A stretch of 64,000 bases of DNA from Botryllus schlosseri. Lineage: Eukaryota. A program made the position numbers and the translations under genes. How positions within the stretch are numbered: the first letter of the stretch is position 1; each line of letters starts with the position of its first letter. Positions 1-11,200 of the stretch are shown piece after piece. The notes beneath the pieces are model-generated. The model saw only the letters and a list, made by a program, of their open reading frames with translations, had not been told where the DNA came from and made no database searches. The stretch lies in assembly GCA_051294905.1 (NCBI GenBank), contig CM119378.1, forward strand, positions 434,001-498,000, given 5' to 3'.

Positions 1-124
1 AAGCAAAGGACAATATTCATGATCGGGCGCAAATGACCTTATCGGCGATAAGCGTCAAAAATTGTTCAAATACACACACACACACCTCATCTGCGTGCGG
101 TGTGCAGGACGCAGGTGTCTAGAT

Positions 125-1661
125 CAGAGTTGTATCAATTGTAATTTGTAATTGTAATTAAATGTAATTAATTACATTTTTCAATGTAATTGTAATGTAA
201 TTGTAATTGAAGCATTTTTACTTTGTGTAATTGTAATTGTAATTGTATTTTGACAAAAATTTTGCTCAATTACAATTTCAATTACATTAAATTGCTATTG
301 AGACCTGACAAGCACAACATAAAATAATTGACTTATAATGCATTCTCTTTAAATGTCGACAAGGAATTTGGTGGATCCATTCGTGGAAGCCCTTGACTAG
401 TTTTTGTTTTTTATTTTTACCGGTATGCTGGCCTCGGCATTGTATACAATTTTTAGATTACTAACCAACGGATGGATTCGCAAAACGTGACTCACGATTG
501 AATACGCCGAGAAGCGAACTGCTAAGCCGGCTAAAAGCAGCATAATTGATAGTCCCATAGCTGGCGATCCAAGCGTCGAAATTTGATATGTATGTTCCTA
601 ATCAAAAGCTATTGTCGCACTGATTCCGCAATAAAAGTATATTTCCAGGCAATGGTACCATCTCAAAATAGTCGTGAAAGTCTGCGAATCGGCATTGTTC
701 TGAACAATCGCTTGGCGTAATTGGTAATTGTTGTGGTCATGCTGCTGCAGCGCTCTCACTTTTCAGAACAGTCGGCCTTAAACGGCTATTTTGGAGCAGT
801 TACATTGCCCTGACGAGATTTTATTTTGTATTTTCGGAATTAGTACATCAATAGCTTACGATAAAGACCAGATGCATCAAATTTGGACGCATGGATCGCC
901 AGCTCTAGGACTACAAAGTTTGCTGCTTTTAGCCGGCTCTGCAGTACGTTTGTCGGTGCATTCATCCGTGACTCACATCTTGCGCATCTATCCGTGGGTT
1001 GGCAATCTACAATACGATTTCAGATCACGATGCTGCATCGTTACTTCGTCTGGCTAACTAACCAGACCACTGTATATTATATAACGTCTTATCTGACAAA
1101 GCACGGTTTTGTTTTTACTCCTCATCCTAATTCCTACGTCCCTCGATAAAAATAATATTATTTCTTTAATTATATACTATATACGCAAATCCAACACGTG
1201 CATATATTATAATACGTTTTCAACGACATACTGCACCCTATCCTTAATCCTAACCCATAGAAAATTAGGTAAATAACATTTTACATTTCCAATTACGTGA
1301 GCCATAATTACCGAGCATACAAAACACGCTTATATTACGTCACAATGACATCTTACATAGCATACTATGTACGCACATAAACGCATTTATTACTACACAA
1401 TCTGAACTAGACTTGAATTGTTGTTAAATACGACGCTCGGTTGTCAAGGAATTTGTGATTATTCAATTACATGTTCAACAGCAGCAATTGTAATTGTAAT
1501 TGTAATGTAATTGAAGCATGCAAGGAGTAATTGTAATTGTAATTGTAATTTGATATTTTTAGCATGGAGTAATTGTAATTGTAATGTAATTGAAACATGC
1601 ATGAAAGTAATTGTAATTGTAATTGTAATTGAACTAAAATAATGTAATTGATCCAACTCTG
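125..1661. mobile_element. Non-autonomous hAT-like element, CAGAGTTGGATCAATT TIR family with (TGTAAT)n subterminal arrays
   Basis: TIR cagagttgtatcaatt / aattgatccaactctg; TGTAAT arrays at both ends; same termini as 12538-14135; TSD only partly visible (agat). Confidence 0.8.
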
Positions 1662-1767
1662 AGATGCGGTATTTGATGGCACGCAATGGCTGTAAAGCTG
1701 TTCAAAGATACTCCAAGTCTCTGCGGTACCAGTTCTTAAGCGCGCAATTATAATATATTAATGTTGA

Positions 1768-1823
1768 AACAAACCGGAATATTTCTGGCTGACACTCGTC
1801 AGGGTCTGGGGTAATAGTCAGCA
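1768..1823 (-). ncRNA. Degenerate type I hammerhead ribozyme motif
   Basis: Minus strand gctgac...cagacc CTGACGA gtgtcagcc agaaatattcc ggtttg; homologous to the 56653-56705 motif; GAAA/stem III register disturbed. Confidence 0.45.
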
Positions 1824-2402
1824 ACCAGATAATTGAGAATAACATTAACAATCCTTTTGAGTGTTCAAATGCCTACCTCTCCAATCTATTTCTACCGGAT
1901 AACTAATGCAAGCTCATTCGGGAAACTTAATATTCAATGCTGCACTCTTTTTAACATTCAATGGAATGCACTTTTACTTCTGCCTATGGTATGGGTGTAG
2001 CCTATTTATCAGATTTACATTATGGAACTGCATTTTCATGTTGTAAATTGTGCTTCACCTATTCGAATGGGTGAAGACGAGTCAAATACACCAATCTTTA
2101 TGGAGATATATTCCTGAGGTGTAGAGGATTCAGTTTCCGTGTAGCACCTTTTTGGGATTTCTTGGGGTGGTAAGCGAAAACACAGCTCACTATACTCCTC
2201 ATGGATATATCCCCCATAAGAATTGCTGTATTTGACTCCTTTTACCCTTTGGAAGGGTGTCGAAGCACAATTTGCTACATGGAGGTGCATTTTTCCTGGT
2301 TTACACCCTGCGCTAGAGTAAAAATCGGTGAAAGATACAATTTTCGTTTAGGTGTACGCCAAAGTTTAGTGGTTCAGTTTGGTTCCGAGTTCTTTGTATC
2401 TT

Positions 2403-3240
2403 TGTAACAGACCTCTGTCTGTAGTTCATCACACACGATTCAACAACGCTGCAGAGACTTTATTATGCGTCTGTCCGCCGAAGCGGCCAGAAGCAAAAGG
2501 GGAAGTTAAAGCACGATGCGATAATACTACAACTGACGTAATGGGGCAGTATAGAGCACGGCTGCCACACTATTCCCCACCAAACTTGAGAAGTGCCTAT
2601 AAAAGCACTCTCACAAAATACAATAAAAAACAGCAACATCAAAACCGACAAGTCCAAAATCATCAACAAAATCGCAAACACCCGCATGACCGTATCACAT
2701 TAGCAGAACACTATTAACCCTAAACTAACATCAATGAATAATTCCCTAAACTAAAACCCTAACAACGCCGCGCCACATCACAGGGAGAGTCACATGCTCC
2801 ATCCCCTCTTCATAACATCGGACCGGGAGAGTCACAAGCTCCATCCCTCCACGTGCGCTCACATCAGTTCCGCCAGTGAAACAGTTATTACGAAGTGAAG
2901 CAACCAGTCAAGTCTTCAAACTTCTCACATCGATGCAATACTGCTTCTTTAATCGGTTCAGATAGCCAATTCCGTATTCGAATTTCCGCCAACTTTCAGC
3001 ATACCGTTACTGTCCAGGAATCTTCAGACTTGCAGCCAAATTAATGAAGTAACGTTTTTAGCGTGCTCGCCATTGTAACAGACCTCTGTCTGTAGTTCAT
3101 CACACACGATTCAACAACGCTGCAGAGACTTTATTATGCGTCTGTCCGCCGAAGCGGCCAGAAGCAAAAGGGGAAGTTAAAGCACGATGCGATAATACTA
3201 CAACTGACGTAATGGGGCAGTATAGAGCACGGCTGCCACA
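2403..3240 (-). mobile_element. TRIM-like non-autonomous LTR retrotransposon (838 bp)
   Basis: Two 167-bp TG...CA direct repeats (2403-2569, 3074-3240), identical by eye; 4-bp TSD tctt; on minus strand PBS TGGCGAGC next to the right LTR and purine tract GGTGGGGAATAG next to the left LTR; no retroviral ORF. Confidence 0.9.
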
Positions 3241-3269
3241 TCTTTGGGAGGATTGTATTGCACCAAGCA

Positions 3270-3410
3270 AGATAGTGTATAATGGAGATGCCTCCGGCTT
3301 CTTGATCGTGGAAGTGGGTTCAATCCCCGGCCGGGTCAGACCAAAGCCTGTAAAACTGGTTCCGCGGCTATCCCGCTATGGGCGCTCAGCATTCAGGGAT
3401 ATAACATGAA
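3270..3410 (+). mobile_element. tRNA-derived SINE fragment
   Basis: A-box-like tagtgtataatgg, B box GGTTCAATCCC at 3317-3327, then GGGTCAGACCAAAG...GGCGCTCAGCAT body resembling conserved metazoan SINE cores. Confidence 0.55.
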
Positions 3411-3804
3411 GGAGAAAAGTCGTGATGGCGCAGACTAGATAACCTATTCTATCGCATCTCCATCGTCAAAGCATCGCGGTGATGCTAACTTTTACACGTT
3501 TTGAAATTGTTATGTTCGTGCATTTTACGTTGGTATCGTTTGTCTCTTATTTGTCTAGGATTAGTAATTACCGCCAATCATTATTTCCTCGTGTGTCGTG
3601 CTTCGCATTTACACCCTGTGTTCTGTTGTCTCGTGGTCTTTCGTTCAACTGCACTCTGGATCGTGTCGCTTGCCGTAAAGTTATTCTGCTGTATAATATA
3701 CTGATTTCGTATTGCAACCTCGTCGTATTGAGTTATTGTTCGAACAAGATCAAGAACATAACAGTTGGTGTCAGAAGTGGGATTCGAACCCACGCCTCCA
3801 TTCG

Positions 3805-4876
3805 TGCCTCCTTAGATGAAATTCTTCACAAGTTACAGGGTGGTTGTATTTTCACGAAAATTGATCTTGCCGATGCTTATTTTCAGCTAGAATTAGATGA
3901 TGATGCGAAGAATTTGTGTGTCATCAACACGCAATTCGGTCTATTCCGTTATCGACGCATGTGTTTCGGAGTCGCATCTAGTCCCGCAAATTTTCAACGT
4001 TGTATTGATGCCATGATCGCCGGCTTACCCGGTGTTGCTAGTTTTATCGATGACATAATCGTTACTGGCACTGATGAACGCGATCATTTTCGCAACTTAT
4101 CGCTACTCTTTGAGCGCCTCACCGAATACGGTTTCACCGTCAACTTCGCTAAATGTGAATTTTTCAAAAGTAGTATCGAGTATCTTGGTCATATAATCGA
4201 CAAGGACGGCAAACGCCCGTCCCACAAATCCGTTGAAGCAATCAAACAGTTGCCTAAACCTCAGGATGTTCGCCAGCTACAGGCATTCCTGGGCAAAGTC
4301 AATTATTATCGCGCGTTTATTCCTAATTTCACGAATAAAGCCGCTGCCTTGTACCGTCTTCTGCAAAAAGACGCGGAATTCATTTGGAATACGGACTGTG
4401 ACGCAGCTTTTCGCATTCTCAAAAACGACGTAATCGACGCTACGCAGTTAGCTCATTATGATATAAACAAGCAGCTCATTTTGTCAACGGATGCTTCTCA
4501 ATTCGGAATCGCCGCTGTACTCTCAATCGAGCACGATGGCGAAGAGAGGCCGATCGCGCACGCATCGAAAACGCTTTCAGATTCGCAAAAATCCTACTCT
4601 CAAATCGAGAAGGAAGCTCTGTCAATCATTTACGGAGTCACTAAATTTCGTCAGTTCTTGTATGGTAGAAAATTTACGCTCGTGACGGACCACAATCCGC
4701 TTTTAGCTATTTTCTCGCCGGACAAGAAAATTCCCGTGATTACAGCGCAACACTTACAGCGATGGGCACTAACGCTCATGGCTTACCAATACGATATTCG
4801 CTATAAACCGACTAATCAGCACGGAAACGCCGACGATTTATCTCGCCTATACCAAAGGGTCCAGTCCAGACCCTGA
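3805..4876 (+). pseudogene. pol: Gypsy pol fragment: 5'-truncated reverse transcriptase and RNase H
   Basis: Motifs KIDLADAYFQ, RMCFGV, FIDDII, YLGHII, FLGKVNYY, TDAS, YSQIEKEAL, TDHNPL, NADDLSR; frameshift near 4850-4870. Confidence 0.93.
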
Positions 4877-6045
4877 GTTTGACGAACTGGAAATTCGTGA
4901 AAACGCGGAGATCGTTCACGCTATTAATATGGCATTCGATGGCTTACCGTTAACTCGCAATGAAATTCGCGACGCGACGCTGAAGGACAAAACCATGAAA
5001 CTAGTAAAATTATCTGTCACTCATGGTAATTGGAATCCAAAGACGCACATTGATGATTTTTCTTGGTTTTCGACTCGCAAACATTCGCTTTCTCTGCACG
5101 AAGACATAGTCATGCTCAATATGGATGGTTTTCAGCGCGTAGTAATTCCGCAGTCACTTCGCTCGCGAGCCTTATCATTGTTGCACGAAGGACATTGGGG
5201 TATCGCGAAAATGAAGCAGATGGCTCGACGTTACATCGCATGGCCTTCCATTAATCGCGACATTGAAAATCTCGTGAAGAGTTGCGACGCTTGCCGCAAA
5301 GTAATGAAAGCGCCTGACCGTCAGTATCGCGAATGGCCAACAACTTCTGAAAGCTTTGAACGAATTCACTTGGATTTCGCAGGTCCAATAAACAACAAAA
5401 TGTTTCTTGTCATCGTCGATGCGCATTCGAAATATCCTTTCGTTAAAGTAATGAATGTCGGTTCTACCACAACCTTGTGTGTGGTCAACGCTTTGAGGGA
5501 AGTCTTCTCTATCGAAGGCTTGCCCATAACAATTGTCACGGATGGCGGGCCGCAATTCACATCGAATGAATTCGATACGTTTTGCTCTAATTTGGCAATC
5601 AGCCATATCGTATCACCGTCTTTTCACCCTGCCTCGAACGGGGAAGCGGAGCGTTTCGTCCAGACTTTAAAAGCTGGATTAATAAAAAATTGCGACGGGG
5701 GAAAAGATCTCAACTTCGCGCTCCAAACACTTCTCGCTACGTACCGATGTGCACCGCACCCGGGCATAGACTGGAAAACGCCTGCCGAGATTTTACATGG
5801 TCGACAGCCGCGCAATTTGTTAAGTTTGTGCTCGCCCTTCGACAAATCGAAACCCGTTACGCCTGGATAATCAGTCACTCATTTCGAGATTGGTTCCTCG
5901 GTTTACGCTCGAAGTTACCGAAGCGGACCTAAGTGGGTTGCTGGCGTAGTGACGGAAATACTGGGGCGTGTTGTGTACATAATAAAAACAGATCATGGGT
6001 ATTGGAGGAGGCACAAAAACCAACTCCAACCACGCTTGATTTCCA
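4877..6045 (+). pseudogene. pol: Gypsy pol fragment: integrase (HHCC + DDE), stop at 5868-5870 interrupts C-terminus
   Basis: LHEGHWG...CDAC, RIHLDFAGP, VTDGGPQF, HPASNGEAER; homology continues past the stop (GPKWVAG...RRHKNQL). Confidence 0.92.
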
Positions 6046-6615
6046 CTGGTCATGATACAGCCACACAGGAAGTTGCTCAGCCGCAACAGTCACAAGCTGA
6101 GCAACCATTGGTCAGACATATAGGGCACAACGTCCTGTAGCTAATCCTGCTCGAACGTCGGGCAGACGTTATCCGGTTAGAATAAGGAAGCAAACTGATT
6201 TCTATCGGCCAACGTAAAGTACCTTGTACCTTTCAACTTACAGGGGAGGACTGTTATGTTCGTGCATTTTACGTTGGTATCGTTTGTCTCTATTTGTCTA
6301 GGATTAGTAATTACCGCCAATCATTATTTCCTCGTGTGTCGTATTTATACCCTGTGTTCTGTTGTCTCGTGGTCTTTCGTTTAACTGCACTCTGGATCGT
6401 GTCGCTTGCCGTAAAGTTATTCTGCTGTATAATATACTGATTTCGTATTGCAACCTCGTCGTATTGTGTTATTGTTCGAACAAGATCAAGAACATAACAG
6501 AAATGATGGCGAAGAATTCAGATTGTCAATGTGATTTTATTGCAATATCCGGATAATGATTGTACGACTGTTTACAGTGAAATGAAGTGCAAAGAACTGT
6601 GTGAACGTTTTTCGA

Positions 6616-8259
6616 CTATTTTGGGCTCTTTTTGGTCGTCTGTTTGGTCACCTTGTCGATTTCGCTTTCAAAATAATTTTTAAGCACTGAAACAGACGTG
6701 GATAACCCGTCATTGTCTGTGTGGGACGAATGGGCGTCCGGGTGAGACTTCCGTGACTCCTCGCCGTCTTGTACAGTCGCGAGAGAGGACTTTCTCTCAG
6801 TTGGGTGATAAGAGGATAGAGTTTTCTTTGCGGGACTTGAGAAATCGTCGACCCGAGTCGCTTGAAGATAAGATTCGTTCCAAGATTCGTCGTCGGACAA
6901 AATTTCACCGTCTGATGTGTCGACGGTCGGTGATAAATGGGCCGGACTTGTACGGATTGGGGACTCGCTGTCTGTGCGAAATATGGGCACAGTGTAGGCC
7001 TGGGGTGGAGCGTGTAAAGAAGTAGATGCATTAAGCTGTGAAGGATTGGGTAAAGCGGACGGTGACTCGGGTGGGCTAGTGGAGTCCAAAGTAGCAGGTG
7101 AGTCAGGCCGCGGAGGGGAGGGAAAAGAAGTAAAAGCTTCAGGTTGGGGAATGAAGTCTAAATCAGAAAGTGACTCGGGCTGGAGAGGGACGTCTAAAGT
7201 AGTAGATGACTCAGGCGGGGGCAAAAAGTCGGGTATGTCAAGCTGCGCAGGATTGAGTGCGGAAGCAGATGTTTCAGGCTGGGGTGACTCATACTGCGTT
7301 GGAGGGGGCATAGTAGAAAGGGAATCAGGAGTAGGTGACTCATGATAGCTAGGGGGATCTAAAGAAGTGTCTGAATTGGTCTGAGGAGGAGGGGGCAAAG
7401 AAGTAGAATGTGACTCATGATGGGGTGAGTCAGGCTGGGGAAACTCAGGTAGGGGAGTAGGGGACTCAGACAGAGTAGATTGTAACTCAGGTTGAGGAGG
7501 TTCGGGCAATTCTTCTGTGTCAGACATTGGCGCAGTATCGAACGGGGGAGTATCGGAAAAGGAACTAGTTGACTCAGGCTGAGGAGGAGTTGGCAAAATA
7601 GCAGGTGTATCAGGTTCTGGAGTAAGGGTTGAAGAAGTAGATGGCTCAAGCTGGAGAGGATCGGGCAATGTAGAAGTTGACTCAACATGGGCTTCTAAAA
7701 CAGTACATGAGTCGGACCGGATCGGGGCGGACAGAGAAGTAGTAGACGATGTTACTGGTGGGAGAGTTGCTGACTCAGACAAAGTAGATGGTGACTCAGG
7801 CTGGGGAGTAAGGGTTGAAGAAGTCGTTGACTCAAGCTGGAGTTTAGTTGACTCAGACAAAGAAGATGTTTCGGGCTGGCGATTGGGCAATCCTTCTCCC
7901 AAAGTGCATTCTTTTTCTATTATATTTTCCACATTTGCGACCGGAGTCGACGTGGCGTCACTATCCTGTTTTGCTGACATCACGATAACGTTTTCAGAAG
8001 CGCCCTCCGAGTCTTCAGTGGAATCTTTCGAGGCCGGTATCGATTTTTCTGTAAAAAATGACATGATTATAACAGGCGGGGAGTGAACATATCCGAAAAA
8101 CGAACCTTTTATTCCGGTGTCTGAATCCAGTTGTCTGTAAACGAAGTAAAAGGTCTTAGGCGAGAACTGAGTGAGCAAATCCATTTTCACGAGCTGCGGA
8201 AACTCGTGCGGTTTGAGAGGATAAGCGACGTTGTTCACGACCACGTGGAGACAGAAGTT
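6616..8259 (-). CDS. RIN2: RIN last exon: end of RA domain plus long P/S/T/E-rich tail
   Basis: Acceptor ccgtag|AAC TTC TGT; PHEFPQLVK...FYFVYR then open to stop at 6616. Confidence 0.85.
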   Translation of the reverse strand, partial: NFCLHVVVNNVAYPLKPHEFPQLVKMDLLTQFSPKTFYFVYRQLDSDTGIKGSFFGYVHSPPVIIMSFFTEKSIPASKDSTEDSEGASENVIVMSAKQDSDATSTPVANVENIIEKECTLGEGLPNRQPETSSLSESTKLQLESTTSSTLTPQPESPSTLSESATLPPVTSSTTSLSAPIRSDSCTVLEAHVESTSTLPDPLQLEPSTSSTLTPEPDTPAILPTPPQPESTSSFSDTPPFDTAPMSDTEELPEPPQPELQSTLSESPTPLPEFPQPDSPHHESHSTSLPPPPQTNSDTSLDPPSYHESPTPDSLSTMPPPTQYESPQPETSASALNPAQLDIPDFLPPPESSTTLDVPLQPESLSDLDFIPQPEAFTSFPSPPRPDSPATLDSTSPPESPSALPNPSQLNASTSLHAPPQAYTVPIFRTDSESPIRTSPAHLSPTVDTSDGEILSDDESWNESYLQATRVDDFSSPAKKTLSSYHPTERKSSLATVQDGEESRKSHPDAHSSHTDNDGLSTSVSVLKNYFESEIDKVTKQTTKKSPK

Positions 8260-11200
8260 CTACGGATATATAAATTTTAAAAAGATCTAAAAAATACATG
8301 GACGAGCAAACGAACGGTTTGCTGTTTGACTGCGAACTTCTTGGCGATCATCGAACCGAGACTGCTGGCCGTCATGCTCGGAGGAACGTGCAGGGTTTTG
8401 TGCATCAAGATGTCGGCGTCCGTTTTCGGAGAGATGGCGACTTTCAAAAAACCCTGCGGAAGAAGTCGCGACTTATTTGTAAGATTTAGAGAAGTGTTGC
8501 CAAACTGATGTTCGAGTCTTTGTGGGGGAGGGCTACCATAGTTTCGGATCCGAAAGGACACTATTTTCAAATTTTAATAGCAGACATAAAAACGGGGAGT
8601 TAAAATATAGTTGTGATTCTTTGTGAGTGGACGTTTTTTTACTTTTTAGTTAACATTCGCAGCAGTTCCAGAAAAAAACAGATTTATGCGTGTAGTTTGT
8701 GCCGGGTTGACTTTTTAGTCTTTGATGTCTAATCGCCTGAAACTCAAAGCAAAAAAGAGGACGTCATTCGAAAAAAGGGGACAAATCTTCGGAAAAGATG
8801 ACATCGCCTCCCCAGTAAGGGCACCATGTAAAAAAATTATCATATTCACCTGCTCTACTATAACTACTCCCCATAACAAAAGAAATTAATTAAAATTTAA
8901 TAAAAATACTAGTATAGCAATGAGTTATTTCTTGATCTTGAGTTTACAATCTATACCCTCCACTATTGGGCCAGCAATTAAGACACTGGACATTGTCAGG
9001 GGAAAATACGCTCAACCATCATATTGACTAAATATGTAGTAACTAAATAATGTACTATCTATCACGTTTATTGCGTATTTATATTATTCTATCATTCTTA
9101 CTATGTCGATATCTTAATAAGCCAGATTCATAACTTTTCAAAAGCTTGAAATAAACAATGACTTTTTCAAATTTTCAAAGATGGCCACTGCGTAAGTCCA
9201 ATTTGGTAACCCCTGATTTAAAATTAACCGCGAATAGAAACCTGCAGGTCTGTGATGAGTGGAAGCGGTTCTTCTCTCTTCTTGAACCTGGAAAGAACTT
9301 GAACGGCGCTGATGAGGGTGGTCAGGTAATAGCCACCCTCGCCCAGAAGCAATGCCGGGTCTAAGAGACCTGAAAGAAAGTTAGACGATTTAGAGTTGCT
9401 CAAAAATGCCTGTTTTTTCAAATTTCACTGGCTAGTTGAAAAAAATTATTACGGTGCCTAATAAAACGCTGCTGCGCACATAATTCGAGTCAATTAGAGT
9501 CATTCGAGGTGAAGTTATATATACAGTTTGAAACTTTGACCATATTTGGTAATAATAAAGATAGTTACGGTGGCGCATTCACTCACTTCGAAGTGACCAG
9601 ATATCGTAATCCATGCATGCCTGAAAGGAGAGTGATGCTTTTTCTCGCATTTACACCACGATAGGGTAAGGTTTGGATGAAGAAATTGCCAATTAGCAAA
9701 AAGATTCGACGGTGATAACCTGGAAATTAGTCTACTTCGTTAAGGTAGCCCGTTAGAATGATGGTGATGTGATTGGCAACTGAAACACTTTCCACACTGA
9801 AAAAGGCGACTACGAAAAGGAAATGAACCGAAAGGCAGGTAAAACACAGGAAAATATGTTCCCCAAGTGATATGGTCCATATCTGAAGCATCTTTTGTCG
9901 CGCCAATGTAGATTTCACGGAATTAGAATGAAGCGTGTGGCTGTTTTTTTCGCAATGCATATCCAATGTTAATGGCATTCCAGGACGTTTATATTCCTTA
10001 CAAGTTTTCCAACTATATAGCCAGTGAAATTTGGATACAAAAGGTAGTTCTATAACAAACGCATTTGATATTGCTCAAAATATTGCCGATATGAGGTACC
10101 GTCGATGTACTGCGCCTCGATGTCCGCGGCGGCAAAGTTGCACTTTGTGATGGAATAAACGAGAAGAGGCAGGAAGTCATCCGCACCGATTCTGCGAGCG
10201 CTTCTGTCCGGGCAGGTTTCGTCGTACGCTGAAAGAATTTGAGTCATTTTAACAGTAAATCTAATTTTCAGCCGACAACCAATAACTAGCACCTTCACTG
10301 ATTAACCCCATTTATTCAGCAGTTATAAAAAAAATATGGGATCTATAGCTTAAGGCACATTTTCAAAACTTGATAACATTTAATCTGATCAGCTTTACAC
10401 CAATTGCTATGCTTAGACATGAGTTAAACTGGAAAGGCCGCATTTGGAAACTATGAGAAATAGATAGAAATTCCTAATCTAGAAGTCGCAGATTACGGGG
10501 CTGAGAAAAATGATTCGAGTACACGAATCCGAGTCGAGTGTTAATTTTAGTGATTCTAGTCGGGTAGTGAGGGAAGATTTCTTCCGGGTACTGAAATGGT
10601 GCGACCCATTCCACTAGACCAGTGGTTCTCTAACCTTTTTGTCTTCGCGGACCCCTTTCGGACCGTCACGGACCCCCGCGGACCCCCTTAAGTTTTCGTT
10701 CAAAATTAGCTCAATTATCGTGCAACCGTCATCTGTCTTGTGCAAATATGTTAATTGCAGGCTAGTGATAAACACTAACAGCATACTATATGCAGCACAC
10801 TCTTATTATTTCGAAGGGCATTTTCTAGCTGTATTTATTGTCTGGAAAATCCGCGTTTTCGATTTGATATGAACGAGTGCCGAAAGTCCATTTCCAAAAA
10901 GATATATTAGTGGCGGATGTAATATTAACGCGCAACGCATCCGACGACAGCTTTTGGTGTAGATTTCTAATGAGCATATCACGTCCAAGCAGCCTAGTCA
11001 TTTCTATATAGCAAGTCATATTGAAGTTATTTAGTGGTTATTTCACAGAAGCGTGGCGAGGTTTTAATTCCCTCATTGGGACAGATTAGGAATTCAGGAA
11101 ATCAGGAATTTCTGTTTTAAACAACTGTTTACTAATTTGCTGAGACTGACAACTCCAAATCCAAAAAAATTTGCAAGCATTTCGAAGTCACCCTGTTTTA

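Larger units (their letters stand above)
3508..6499 (+). mobile_element. Ty3/Gypsy LTR retrotransposon, internally deleted (no gag/protease)
   Basis: LTRs 3508-3763 and 6252-6499 (TGTT...AACA, a few indels/substitutions); 5-bp TSD gaaat; tRNA-Leu PBS at 3766; PPT caggggaggac; RT-RNase H-integrase order. Confidence 0.97.

Noticed and set aside
1459..1686. ORFs with ITITIT / LQLQLQ / NYNYNY runs (also 13947-14141, 46796-46990, 49621-49818)
   Set aside because: Translations of hexamer subterminal arrays of MITEs
3479..3763. Hydrophobic N-terminus of the 465-aa ORF as gag or a membrane domain
   Set aside because: It is LTR sequence, repeated at 6252-6499
3766..3804. tRNA-Leu gene
   Set aside because: Only the 3' half, includes CCA and sits at the PBS position; a reverse-transcribed primer copy, not a gene
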